Origin: Verrucomicrobiota bacterium
GTDB lineage: Bacteria > Verrucomicrobiota > Verrucomicrobiia > Limisphaerales > AAA164-E04
Reading direction: 5' to 3'
DNA: 64,000 nt
Assembly: GCA_047947115.1 (NCBI GenBank)
Contig: CP170459.1
Coordinates: 3,424,001-3,488,000, forward strand
The translations under genes were made by a program, and so were the position numbers. Of the stretch, positions 1 to 11,837 are shown in pieces. The notes below the pieces were generated by a model. That model saw nothing but the letters and a program-made list of their open reading frames with translations. It was not told the origin of the DNA and made no database searches. The stretch's first letter is position 1, and each line of letters begins with the position of its first letter.

Positions 1-1218
1 TGTTTTGAATTGTCCACCTCCGTTACCCGCCATGATGATTGGAAGATCATTGTATTGGTGGGTCGATCCGTCTCCCAGTCCGGACCCATAAGTCAGGATG
101 GTGTTGTCGAGCAGCGTGCGGCCGTTTGCTTCCTGGATGGCGTTCATTTTTCGCATCAGATAGGCAAACTGTTCCATGTGAAAACGATCCACTTTGAGCA
201 GGTCGTCAATCATTTGGGTCTGGTTGTGGGACATGCCATGGTGGCTGCGCGGTTTGTCGAACAATCCGTCAAACATGTATGGGGTGTCCCATCGCTCGGG
301 GCCCACCATGAAGGTGGCAACGTTGGTCAATCCGGTCTGCATCGCCACCACCATGAGGTCCGCCATCAATCGAATGAATTCCCCGCGCGGCAGGTAAGCA
401 TCCGATGGTTCTTCCAAGGTGACCTTGTCGAGTTCGGACTTCATGTTCTGCAGGCGATCCATCTGCACTTCGATGGTGCGAATTGAATCAAAATATTCAC
501 CGAACTTTTGCTGGTCGTCGTAGCTCAACTGCGATTGCATGGATTTTGCATCTTCCAGAACCAGTGAGGTGACGTCTTTGAATCGACGGTTTTCCGAAGT
601 TGAGAACAGTCGTCTGTATAGTTTTTTGGGGTGTCTGATGGACGGAGCCACGTGTCCGGTTCCATACCAGGAAATGTTGTCGAAATAGATCGATTCTTTG
701 TTGTCCTTATGTGTGTTGCAACTGATCTCCAAAGTGGGAAAGGGGGTCTTGTTTTCCATCGCATCCGCAACGATATGGTCGAGCGTTCGATCCAGTGGCC
801 AAGCCGAGCGCTTGATGGAGTAGGGAGCGGCGCTGCTGAGGTAGCAGCATGCGCATTGAGCGTGGACATCTGTTCCGTTCTGGAATGTTCGGTCCATCCC
901 GGTGATAAGTGTGATCCTGCTTTTAAACTCTTCCAGAGGCTCCAGCGTGGGTGTCAGGTGTTCGAGAGGCTTGACCGAAAAAACCGGATCCTGTTTGCCG
1001 AGGGAAGTCATGAGGTTTCCAAGGTTTCCTTTGGGAATGACGTCATTTTGTTCGCCCGGAAAAAAACCTCTGCGCACGACTCCTATGGGGACATAAAAAT
1101 GTGCCATGCGGGTGGGGACTTTTCGAGAGGGTGTGACCTGTCCCTGGCTTTCCAGTAAAGGCAAGGCCAGAACAGCACCGCTCATACCTCGCAGAAATCT
1201 GCGTCTTGTTGTTTTCAT
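1..1218 (-). CDS. DUF1552 family protein with Tat-like signal, runs off the window edge (3' partial)
   Basis: Not in the ORF track because it has no stop in the window. Manual translation from ATG 1218 gives MKTTRRRFLRGMSGAVLALPLLES...RMAHFYVPIG. The same frame at the edge gives GRTLLDNTILTYGSGLGDGSTHQYNDLPIIMAGNGGG. It lies directly downstream of a DUF1592 gene, its usual partner. Confidence 0.85.
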   Translation of the reverse strand, partial: MKTTRRRFLRGMSGAVLALPLLESQGQVTPSRKVPTRMAHFYVPIGVVRRGFFPGEQNDVIPKGNLGNLMTSLGKQDPVFSVKPLEHLTPTLEPLEEFKSRITLITGMDRTFQNGTDVHAQCACCYLSSAAPYSIKRSAWPLDRTLDHIVADAMENKTPFPTLEISCNTHKDNKESIYFDNISWYGTGHVAPSIRHPKKLYRRLFSTSENRRFKDVTSLVLEDAKSMQSQLSYDDQQKFGEYFDSIRTIEVQMDRLQNMKSELDKVTLEEPSDAYLPRGEFIRLMADLMVVAMQTGLTNVATFMVGPERWDTPYMFDGLFDKPRSHHGMSHNQTQMIDDLLKVDRFHMEQFAYLMRKMNAIQEANGRTLLDNTILTYGSGLGDGSTHQYNDLPIIMAGNGGGQFKT

Positions 1219-1225
1219 CAATGCG

Positions 1226-3271
1226 TCAATGGGTTGATTGGGTTTCCGAATGTTTGAGGAACGGCTGGCTGAGTATGATTGATTTTATAAGTGTTTGAAT
1301 TCGGTATCCGTCCCTTTTGGTCGCGGCTACGATTTCATCTAGTGCCTCCTGATCCGACGGAGTCAGGGCTCTGGACAGGGCAAAACTCAGGAGATGCCCG
1401 GCCAAGCCTCGGGTGAACAGATCTTTCTCGGCGAGTAATGCATCTTTGAATTCAACCGGATTGGTGAAGGCGTGCTGCCTGAACAACTTGCCGGATACGT
1501 CCACTGCACGTCCGTTTTCATAATGGCTGCGCCAGTTCCCAATGGCATCGTAATTTTCCAAGGCGAATCCCAGTGGGTCGATTTTTTCATGACAACCTTT
1601 GCAGTCCGAACGCTCTCGATGTTGGGCCAATCGCTCTCGCAGCGTCATGTTTTCTTCACCTTGGCCCGGTTGCTCGGTCAAGGGGGGCACATCCGCAGGT
1701 GGTGGTTCGGGTGGTTTGTTGAACAGTAAGGTCGTCAACCACGCGCCTCGTGTGATCGGTTTGCTTCGGTCCGGACTGGACGTCATCGTCATCGTGGCGG
1801 CCGTGGTGATCACACCTCCCATCCTCCGGTCGGTGACTGGCAAACGGTGAAAGTTTAGAACAGTAACTTCGCTGGGGATGTTCTCGGGCAATTTTCCGAT
1901 GGCCAACGAACCGTAGGCCTCCTGCAACAGCAGAGAACGATACGTGAAATCGGAGTCGATCAACTGAGTGATGGGGAGGTTCTCGATCAAAATGGTTTCG
2001 AACAGGAGCAGGGGCTCCATCATCATGTGCATGCTGTCCCGGTATTTCAGGTAATAAAAGTCGGGGAATTTGTCCGGATTCGGTGCCGACGAGATGATGC
2101 GTTCCAACTGGAGCCATTGTGACGGGAAACTGTCGCAGAAGCGCTTGAGTCTTTGGTCGTGCATCATGCGCCTGAATTCAGCATCAAGTGTTGCCGGGTT
2201 GCTGAGTTTTCCTTCCGCAGCCAGTTTGATCAGGTGTTGATCAGGGATGCTGCCCCACAGGAAAAACGACAAACGTGCGGCAAGATCGTAATCGTTGCTT
2301 TTGGTTGCGATATTTATTTTGGGTGGTCTATCGAACAGGTAGAGAAACCGTGGCGAGGACAGGGCCATGGAAGCCACGGCTTTCATGGAATCTGTAAACG
2401 GGTAACCCTGATTCAAAAGGTCCAAAACATAACCGGTGTAACGTTCGAGTGTATGCGTTTCAGGGGGCTGGCGGAAGGCACGTGTCAGAAAGGAGCGCAG
2501 TCTGTCTTGAACCACCTCAGGCAGGTTGGCGTCGTCCTTGGGGGAAGCGAAAAATACATCCCAGATGCCCACGTTTTCCTGGTTGAAATCATCGCTTTCA
2601 ACGATGGACTGTGCCAGCCCCAAAAAGGATTCCAGGAGCAAGGGGGAGAGTGACAGATGATCGACACGGTTATCGAATCCATTCTCGGCGCGAAGATCCT
2701 GTGGAAATGGAGACACTCCTGCCAACCGTTTTTCGATCATTTGTGACTTGCCCAGCGGGCGGCTCCCCACGGTGACCTTGTCGGGCATCTTGCCGGTTTC
2801 AGGTTTGAAGTAGTTCTGGTGTTCTCTCATCATTTGCTCGGGCAGTGAGAACACCACGCATCGCAAATCAAACAAATCCACGACCGCGTTGTTATACTGG
2901 AAACGGTTTAATCTTCTCAGACTTGCCTCATGGACTGGATCAGGTGGATGCTCTGAAGTTTTGGTGAGCAGCAATTTGAAGTAATCAAGCAGCAGAAACC
3001 TCTCAGTCGATGTAAGCGGGGATTCGTCCTCAGGCGGCATTTCGTTGAATACGAGGACATCTTTCAACTGTTCCAGCACTTCAGGGTGTTCGATAAAGGC
3101 TTGTTCGCTTTTGAGAAGGGTTAAATCAAGATCCCCCTTTGTCTTTCCGTTCGTGCCATGGCATGTGAAGCAGCGTTGTTGCAACGTGTTCAGGGCCAGC
3201 TGGAAGCTGTCTGCGCTCAAGCAAGAGATTCCCCATGCCAAGACAATCCATGTGATCAAACGGTGGAACAT
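1226..3271 (-). CDS. DUF1587/1592/1595/1588/1585 planctomycete-type cytochrome c protein
   Basis: Signal peptide, heme motifs CFTCH and CKGCH, and motifs LRRLNRFQYNNAV, LAARLSFFLWGSIPD, RGAW, IDPLGFALENYDAIGNWR. ATG 3271 preferred over GTG 3280. Confidence 0.85.
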   Translation of the reverse strand: MFHRLITWIVLAWGISCLSADSFQLALNTLQQRCFTCHGTNGKTKGDLDLTLLKSEQAFIEHPEVLEQLKDVLVFNEMPPEDESPLTSTERFLLLDYFKLLLTKTSEHPPDPVHEASLRRLNRFQYNNAVVDLFDLRCVVFSLPEQMMREHQNYFKPETGKMPDKVTVGSRPLGKSQMIEKRLAGVSPFPQDLRAENGFDNRVDHLSLSPLLLESFLGLAQSIVESDDFNQENVGIWDVFFASPKDDANLPEVVQDRLRSFLTRAFRQPPETHTLERYTGYVLDLLNQGYPFTDSMKAVASMALSSPRFLYLFDRPPKINIATKSNDYDLAARLSFFLWGSIPDQHLIKLAAEGKLSNPATLDAEFRRMMHDQRLKRFCDSFPSQWLQLERIISSAPNPDKFPDFYYLKYRDSMHMMMEPLLLFETILIENLPITQLIDSDFTYRSLLLQEAYGSLAIGKLPENIPSEVTVLNFHRLPVTDRRMGGVITTAATMTMTSSPDRSKPITRGAWLTTLLFNKPPEPPPADVPPLTEQPGQGEENMTLRERLAQHRERSDCKGCHEKIDPLGFALENYDAIGNWRSHYENGRAVDVSGKLFRQHAFTNPVEFKDALLAEKDLFTRGLAGHLLSFALSRALTPSDQEALDEIVAATKRDGYRIQTLIKSIILSQPFLKHSETQSTH

Positions 3272-3533
3272 TGAGTCCACCTTAAGCGGTCATCCCCGAG
3301 AAACCAATCCATTTTTGGGAAAGAAGGCCATGCTTGCATCGGGTCACTTGCATGGACGAAGACCGGCGTGTATCCCACCGCTGTAGCTATTTCTTGACGA
3401 AACCTGTTTCCCTCCTTAATGCTACCGTTCCGTATCCCCAGTACGCAGTGTTCTCGTGGCATGTTCAGTGGAGATCCGTACCCTGCTGATGTGTACACGT
3501 GATGTCAGTGGTAACTTAAACACAAACAGACAA

Positions 3534-6500
3534 ATGAAACGAAGACAATATACGTTAAAGCCCTCGGCAAAATGGGTTGGCGGGTTGCTGGTTGCAGCTT
3601 GTTCGACATCTTTGATGGCTCAGGTATCGTTCAATGCTCCTGAGGGAGGATGGAACTACATCTACGAAGGAGACCAGGCAAATTATGCTGCCCCGGGTGA
3701 GGGGTTTGGTTCGCTGGACGGAACTTGGAGTCATGACAACGGCTCTGATGAATGGGATGGTTCAGGCATTGGTGGTGATTTCGGAGATGGAAATAGACCC
3801 GGCGGCGCCATGGTGATCACCGAAGGGAACACAACCTTCCTGCGCATTCAAGACACCGGGGATCCCCGGGACTATGATTTCAGTGACCCCGGATCGAACC
3901 GCAAAGTTTATCTGGGACACAGCCTGACAGAGGATGGCGCTGCCGACTCGATCATGGACGACGGTGTGACCTTGATGTTCCGTGCGCGTGTCCCCTCCAG
4001 CGGTCCATTGGATCCACTTCATCGTGATGGACAGCAAAGCAACGGGACGCAGCCTTATCCCGACAGTGGAGACGGTTATGTTACTTCCGATGGTGGTAAA
4101 GGGAACTTTGTGATCAAGCAGAATTCCGGTGGAGCCATTGCCTTCTCATTGACAACCGCTCAGGATACCCCCGGGGGAAATCCAAGCGACCGTGTCACCA
4201 ACTTCAGCGGCTTGAGCTTTAATGAGTTCAACGGAAACGCTGTTTCAGGTGAAGTCAACTTTGGGCAAGGCAAGGGGGCGAATGTCATTCCCTTTGATCC
4301 GACCGTTTGGCATGAGTTCTGGGTGACGATCGAGAAAGATGCCTCCAACAACGGAACCCATGTGGGCACTGTCTGGATTGATGGAAGCACCGCTTCACAG
4401 ACCTTTTCCATCACCGCCGGTACCGGGGATGATTTCAGCGGTATCAGCTACCTCGCCATGGGAGCCACGGCGACGCCTCAAAACGCTGCATTGGATATCG
4501 ATCACTTCGGTGTGAAGTTCGAAGCAGTGGCACCTTCACCTCGTTCCTATCAACTGCCCAATGGGGTGGAATGGGCCTATGGCTATGAGGGTGACAAGGT
4601 GGACTACGCTCCGGATGGCGAAGGGTTTGCCTCATTGGATGGCACCTGGAGCCATGACAACGGATCAGATGAATGGGACGGATCCGGTATTGGCGGAGAA
4701 TTTGGCGATGGCAACCGACCTGGTGGCGCCATGGTGATCGAAGAGCCTGGAGTAACCTATCTTCGCATACAAGACACCGGAGATCCTCGCGATTATGGAT
4801 TCAGTGATCCGGGCTCCAACCGAAAAGTTTACGTCGGGCATGATCTTTCGCAAGATGGAGCAACCGACACAGTGATGGATGACGGTGTGACTCTTTACTT
4901 CCGTGCACGTGTACCGATTGATGGACCGTTGGATCCATTGCACCGTGACGGACAACAAGCCGACGGCACGCAGCCATACCCTGATAACGGGGATGGTTAT
5001 GTGACCTCTGACGGTGGCAAAGGGAACTTTGTCATCAAACAGGCAGGCGGCGGAGCGATCGCGTTCTCACTGACCACATCAACCGATACTCCGGGAGGCA
5101 ATCCGACCGATCGTGTCACCAACTTCAGTGGTCTGAGCTTCAATGAATTCAACGGCAACGCGATTTCAGGTGAAGTGAACTTTGGGCAGGGCAAGGGAGC
5201 CAATGTGATTCCATTCGACCCAACCCAATGGCACGACATCTGGATCACCATTGAGAAAGATGAGTCAGGCAATGGAACTCATGTGGCCAATATCTGGGTG
5301 GATGGAAGTGCGGCTTCCCAGACCTTTTCCGTGACAGCCGGCACTGGCAGTGATTTCGGCGGCAGTTATCTCGCCATGGGATCAACAGCCACACCACAAA
5401 ATTCTGCTCTGGACGTCGATTTCTATCGTGTGGCACTCGGAGTGCACGCTCCAAGTGGTATCGAAGTGGTGGCTCCGGTTCTCATTACCGACCTTCAACC
5501 CAGTCTGGGGGCCAGCAATGTCGACCCGAACCAAGGAATTTCATTCAAGGTTTCTTCGGCTGATCCGGTTCCTCAGGAAAATATCAGCGTTGTTTTGAAT
5601 GGAGTGGACTACTCCGGCGACCTTCAGATTCAAGGTAATCAAAATGCCTGGAATGTTGCTTTGACTGGATTGCAGTCCAATTTCATATACAGCGGCAAAG
5701 TGATCGTCGCCAAAGGTGATGGTGGTGCCAATGAATTGTTGGTTGCTTTCGATACTTTTGCGGATGACAACTTCACCTTCGAAGCCGAGGACTGGAACTT
5801 CGAAGGCGGCGATTTCATCAATGACCCTGCTATCGGTTTTGGTGGCAGCGGATACTTTGACAAAGGCACCAGTGATGACACGGAAGGGGTCGATTTCCAC
5901 GAACTTTCCGCTGACTTCGATTTCGCCAATGAAGATGCCTGGCGTATTCCTTTGGCCGGCAATATGCCCAATACGGATCCAAACGGCAACGAAGCCGGAC
6001 GTTCCAAGTTCGAGAGCGATCCCGATGCTGATTTCAGCGTTGTTGGGACCGAAGCCGGTGAATGGTTGAACTACACGCGCAACTTTTCGATTGGTGATGC
6101 CAATATCTGGCTGCGTGGTGATTTGGGCAGCACGGAAGAAGTGCAATTGGACCTCGTCGAAGGCGCAACAGGTGCCAGCCAGACCACCACGAAACTGGGA
6201 TCCTTCAAGGGTGCCGGGGGTGGTTATGACTGGGTTGCTTTGACCAACGATTCGGGAACCATCCAAAAGGTCGCCCTGAACGGTGAAGTGACTCTCAGAG
6301 CCACGATTGTTTCCGGTAGTCCAGAATTGAACTTCTTCATGGTTACCGAAGCTGTCGAGCTTCCCGTGAGCGTGGTGGCTCAATCCTCCGCTGCATTGAG
6401 TGCCCCCACCGTGGTGGACTTCGGCGCTGTGGGTGCGGATGCATCCTATGAGTTTCACTTCTTTGCAAAGATGGATGGCGCTTCGACCGCGATTGCGGGT

Positions 6501-7058
6501 AACGATGCCTTCGCCATCAAATTGGACCAGTGGAACAATCAAGGAGTTTTCGGAACCACACAGTTCGGCGTGGCGGACAATTTGTTCGAAGCCGTGGCTG
6601 GTAAGAGCGTGGCGTCTGTGTTTGATCGCCCTGTTCATGTTGTCATTGTGAGCGATAGTGGTGCCGGTGAATCCAGACTTTATGTGGATGGTGATCACGT
6701 AGGAACCTGGGGCGGCAATTTTGAATTGCCCGGATCCACCAAGGTCATGGGCGCTCGCTTGGAACAGGCGACCGACCACATGGGAGCCGGAAGCGTGATG
6801 TATTCCTGGGCCACTTATTCCGGTATTCTGACTGACAGTGAAATTGCCGCCCAGTTCGCGGCTCTTCCGGACGTCGAAGTACCAGTGGCTGGCGGTATCA
6901 ATTCCATTGGCCTGGCTGATGGAAATGTGGTCATCGAGTACGATGGCACGTTGATGAGTGCAGACAGCGTCAGCGGTCCTTATAACGCCGTTGCCGGTGC
7001 CACCTCACCGTATTCGGTGGCGCCTGACCAGGCTGCTCAGTTCTTCATTGCTCAGTAA
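3534..7058 (+). CDS. Large secreted acidic Gly/Asp-rich protein: two tandem ~290-aa domains, Ig-like, CBM6/35-like and LamG-like regions, short C-terminal domain
   Basis: Signal peptide from ATG 3534 (MKRRQYTLKPSAKWVGGLLVAACSTSLMAQ). FEAEDWNF...GEWLNYT resembles a CBM6-like jelly roll. HVVIV...SRLYVDG resembles LamG. Confidence 0.8.
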   Translation: MKRRQYTLKPSAKWVGGLLVAACSTSLMAQVSFNAPEGGWNYIYEGDQANYAAPGEGFGSLDGTWSHDNGSDEWDGSGIGGDFGDGNRPGGAMVITEGNTTFLRIQDTGDPRDYDFSDPGSNRKVYLGHSLTEDGAADSIMDDGVTLMFRARVPSSGPLDPLHRDGQQSNGTQPYPDSGDGYVTSDGGKGNFVIKQNSGGAIAFSLTTAQDTPGGNPSDRVTNFSGLSFNEFNGNAVSGEVNFGQGKGANVIPFDPTVWHEFWVTIEKDASNNGTHVGTVWIDGSTASQTFSITAGTGDDFSGISYLAMGATATPQNAALDIDHFGVKFEAVAPSPRSYQLPNGVEWAYGYEGDKVDYAPDGEGFASLDGTWSHDNGSDEWDGSGIGGEFGDGNRPGGAMVIEEPGVTYLRIQDTGDPRDYGFSDPGSNRKVYVGHDLSQDGATDTVMDDGVTLYFRARVPIDGPLDPLHRDGQQADGTQPYPDNGDGYVTSDGGKGNFVIKQAGGGAIAFSLTTSTDTPGGNPTDRVTNFSGLSFNEFNGNAISGEVNFGQGKGANVIPFDPTQWHDIWITIEKDESGNGTHVANIWVDGSAASQTFSVTAGTGSDFGGSYLAMGSTATPQNSALDVDFYRVALGVHAPSGIEVVAPVLITDLQPSLGASNVDPNQGISFKVSSADPVPQENISVVLNGVDYSGDLQIQGNQNAWNVALTGLQSNFIYSGKVIVAKGDGGANELLVAFDTFADDNFTFEAEDWNFEGGDFINDPAIGFGGSGYFDKGTSDDTEGVDFHELSADFDFANEDAWRIPLAGNMPNTDPNGNEAGRSKFESDPDADFSVVGTEAGEWLNYTRNFSIGDANIWLRGDLGSTEEVQLDLVEGATGASQTTTKLGSFKGAGGGYDWVALTNDSGTIQKVALNGEVTLRATIVSGSPELNFFMVTEAVELPVSVVAQSSAALSAPTVVDFGAVGADASYEFHFFAKMDGASTAIAGNDAFAIKLDQWNNQGVFGTTQFGVADNLFEAVAGKSVASVFDRPVHVVIVSDSGAGESRLYVDGDHVGTWGGNFELPGSTKVMGARLEQATDHMGAGSVMYSWATYSGILTDSEIAAQFAALPDVEVPVAGGINSIGLADGNVVIEYDGTLMSADSVSGPYNAVAGATSPYSVAPDQAAQFFIAQ
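3651..5426 (+). repeat. Intragenic tandem duplication: copy 1 ~3651-4508, copy 2 ~4572-5426
   Basis: Long identical peptide blocks in both copies (SLDGTWSHDNGSDEWDGSGIGG, FSDPGSNRKVY, GDGYVTSDGGKGNFVIKQ, NFSGLSFNEFNGNA) with many synonymous differences. Offset is 921 bp at the start. Confidence 0.95.
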
Positions 7059-7096
7059 GAGTTCTGAAGTTTCTCTACTAATTCTAATAATAATCA

Positions 7097-7128
7097 GCCG
7101 GATTCCCGACAGGGGATCCGGCCTTTTT
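7097..7128 (+). terminator. Rho-independent terminator
   Basis: GCCGGATTCCC-GACA-GGGGATCCGGC hairpin followed by CTTTTT, about 40 bp after the stop codon. Confidence 0.85.
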
Positions 7129-7168
7129 ATGGTCAAGGTTGAAGGGTGTTATCAGTTGCTCTCCTGGA

Positions 7169-8630
<1,462 letters not shown>

Positions 8631-8638
<8 letters not shown>

Positions 8639-11600
8639 GGGTCATTGCTTCGTCCAGATTGAAAATCATGTTGGCCATCCACATCAACGAGGCGTGTTGA
8701 ACCACATCAAGCGATGGGTGGGGCGTCTGTTGACCGATCGTCAGCAAGGCTCGGGCTTCTTCGGGGTTCGAACGGTAGTGAGCGTGCGTGTCCTGCCACT
8801 TTTTTTGAATGATGTCCCATTCCGCCCAAGAAAACGAACGGCTCAGAATGCGGTGCCCCATCGTTCGAAGTGCTTCCTGAGGCGTGGGTGATGTCCGGAG
8901 ACAATCCGCGGCGAGTGATTGGGATGCTTCAAGAACTGTTTCATCATTCAGCAGAGTCAATGCATGCAAGGGAGTATTGGTGCGGCGAACGCCCACTTCG
9001 CAAACCCGTCGTTGCGCCTGATCGAACAAAAAGGCGGGGGCGCTCGACCGTCGCCAGAAGGCATACACCATCCGTCGATATCGGGCGGTTCCGGGGCTGG
9101 GCACATAGGTGAATCTACCCATGAAAATGTCCTGCCAGATGCCGCTTGGTTGATAGGGTTTGACGGGTGGCCCGCCTTGAATTGGGTTCAATAAACCACC
9201 TGTTTTCAACACGGCGTCATGGAGCATCCAACTGGGCAGGCGGTGTCTGGGTGAGCGGCCCAGCAGTTTGTTGTAGGGATCCTTGTCCAGCCATTCCTGA
9301 TCCACATGGCTGCTTTGCTGATATGCTCGGCTGGTGACCATGAGGCGCAGCATGTGTTTGATGTCCCATCCGCTATCCACCAGCTCGACCGCAAGCCAAT
9401 CCAGAAGATCGGGGTGGGTGGGGTGTTCGCCTTGGAGACCGAAATCATCGGGTGTGCGTACAAGTCCCGCGCCGAACATGAGTTGCCAGAGGTGATTGAC
9501 GATTACCCGCGCGGTGAGTGGATGTTTTCCGGAAACCAACCATTTCGCCAGATCCAGACGTGTTGTTGGATTCGGGTTGGCAGCACCGCCCAGGGCGACG
9601 GGCAGACCGGGGCGGACGGTCTTTCCCTTTTGATCCCATACACCGCGCACCAGTATATGTGTTTCGCGTGGTTCCTCGCGGTCATCGAGCACCATGACTT
9701 TTTGTGGTTTGGCCGCGTTTTTGATCTCGTCGTAATAGGATCGGACCTGGTCATACCGTGGTTTCTCCTGTTGATAAGGCAGGTGATCGATGAGAAATTG
9801 TTGTTTGAGTCTTGCGCGCAGATCTTCTCCAATTGTCTTTGGTTCCTGAAGCTGAGCCTTGGCCAGAGCTTCCAAGGGCATGGGATCGAGCGACCGCACT
9901 GCCTGCCCGGGTTGGTTGGAAACGGATACCCTGAACTTCCCGGTATTGGCATCTCCTAATGTGGATCGATGCATCATCACGAAGATGATTTCTTCGTCGG
10001 CTTCCATGACCAATGGTTCTTTAAGGGCAAAAACAGCGATGTGTTTCGGGGGGAGATCGTCTCCGTGAGTGGTCCATCCATTGCGCGGGTCGTCGTCCAG
10101 GGTGTCCTTGATTTTGCCATACCGTTCTCCACCTTCGGGTTTGGCCTCAAAATCCGCGATGGCATTGTCCAGGGCAATTTCATGCATCAAACTGGCCCCG
10201 GTTTTCCGAACGAAGAGTTTGATGTTTGTGAGGATGAATTCACCGGATTGTCCGCGGCCGTAACGACCGTTTGAGGCATTTGAATCCGAAAACACTTCCA
10301 GGCGGATGCCTGTGATCCTTTCCAGATCAGGTTTGGCAACGATCTGGTAATCGTCCTGACGAGGATTGGGGCCCTGAGCGACGAGGATGCTTTCACGTTG
10401 GATACTGAACGCGGTTCCTTCGGCACTTTGGATGGACGATGGTTGAAGTGCATGCCAGGCTTTGAATCCGGTTGAAACTTCCTGCTTGCGGCTTTCTAGC
10501 CAGGTATTGAATGTGGGGGCAGCTCTTAGAATGACCTGATCAAGGCGCAGTTGTGCCTGCTTGAGCTGACGTTCGGCCGCATCGAGATGTGGGGTGATGT
10601 TGGGGGACTGATAATCCAGATAGGGCTTGGCGGCGGAACCCGCGCGTCCGTCTTCGTCGATATTGTTAAAAAAGGCGTTGAGTTGATAATACTCTTCCTG
10701 GGATAGCGGATCGAACTTGTGAGAGTGGCATTGGCTGCAATTCACCGTCATGCCCATCCAGAGCGTGCCGACTGTATTAACGCGGTCGATAACGTAATCA
10801 ATGCGTGACTCTTCCGGATCTCGGCCACCTTCGCCGTTGGTCATGTGATGGCGGTGGAAACTGGTTGCAAGGATTTGTTCCGGCGTCGCGTTGGGGAGCA
10901 GATCCCCCGCGAATTGCTCGATGGTGAATTGATCGAACGGCATGTTTGTGTTGAAAGCCTCGATCACCCAGTCCCGCCATGGCCAGTTGGAGCGGGTGGC
11001 GTCCTGCTGGTATCCATCTGTGTCGGCATATCGGGCCGCGTCCAACCACCACATGGCCATGCGCTCTCCATAATGGGGTGAATTCAAGAGGCGATCGATC
11101 TGGTCTTCTATCGCATTTGGCGAAGAATCTTGTTCGAAGGTTTCGACTTCCATGAGTGAAGGCGGCAGTCCTGTGAGATCAAATGAGAGACGTCTCAGAA
11201 GCGTATGTCGCGGAGTGGGGGATGCGAGTGTGCGTCCTTCGTCTTGCAGTCTGTGTTCGATAAATGCATCGATCGGATGTTCTGCCTTCGAAGGGAGTGA
11301 TGGACGGACGGGAGGTTCAAAGGCCCAATGCCTGCCCCAATCGGCTCCGGATGCAATCCATTCTTCAAGTGTTTTTATTTCCTGCTTCGTCAATGCCTTG
11401 TTGGAATCCGGCGGAGGCATCAGGTCATCAGGATCCAGAGTGCGAATGCGGCGGATCAACAGGCTTTCCTCCGGATTTCCTGGAAGAATGGCTGCTTGAC
11501 CTTCTTTGATGGCGAAAGCCTCTTCCTTTCGATCCAACCTCAAATCGGCTTCGCGGTGGCTGGGGTCCGGGCCGTGGCAGTAGAAGCATTTGTCGGACAA

Positions 11601-11729
11601 AATGGGGAGCACATCGCGAGCGAAGGAAATTTCGGCCGCCTCAGACACCATGATGCTGGTAGGGGAAAAGGCGCACCAGATCAGTGTAATGAGGGTCGTT
11701 TTCAGCTGTTGTTTCTTGTTCCAATCCAT
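8631..11729 (-). CDS. PSCyt1/DUF1549/DUF1553 (PSD1) cytochrome c domain protein
   Basis: VLPILSDKCFYCHGPD, LLRRLSFDLTGLPP, WLDAARYADTDG, CSQCHSHKFDP, ARVIVNHLWQ, PTHPDLLDWLA, TNTPLHALTLLN. Confidence 0.9.
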
Positions 11730-11802
11730 GGGGCGTGGCCATCATATAGGACCTTCTCCGAAATGGAACCCGTAAATTCCTGCAAACTTACGTGTAAGCT
11801 GC

Positions 11803-11831
11803 TTGTCAGGACTCTTTCTTTCTCGTAGGTT
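11803..11831 (+). promoter_or_regulatory. Sigma70-like promoter of ffh, probably leaderless
   Basis: TTGTCA-N17-TAGGTT, 6 bp before the ATG, with no Shine-Dalgarno sequence. Confidence 0.55.
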
Positions 11832-11837
11832 CGAGTC

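Noticed and set aside
3651..5426. Diversity-generating retroelement template/variable repeat pair
   Set aside because: Differences are mostly synonymous and not adenine-specific, both copies are in one ORF, and no reverse transcriptase is present.
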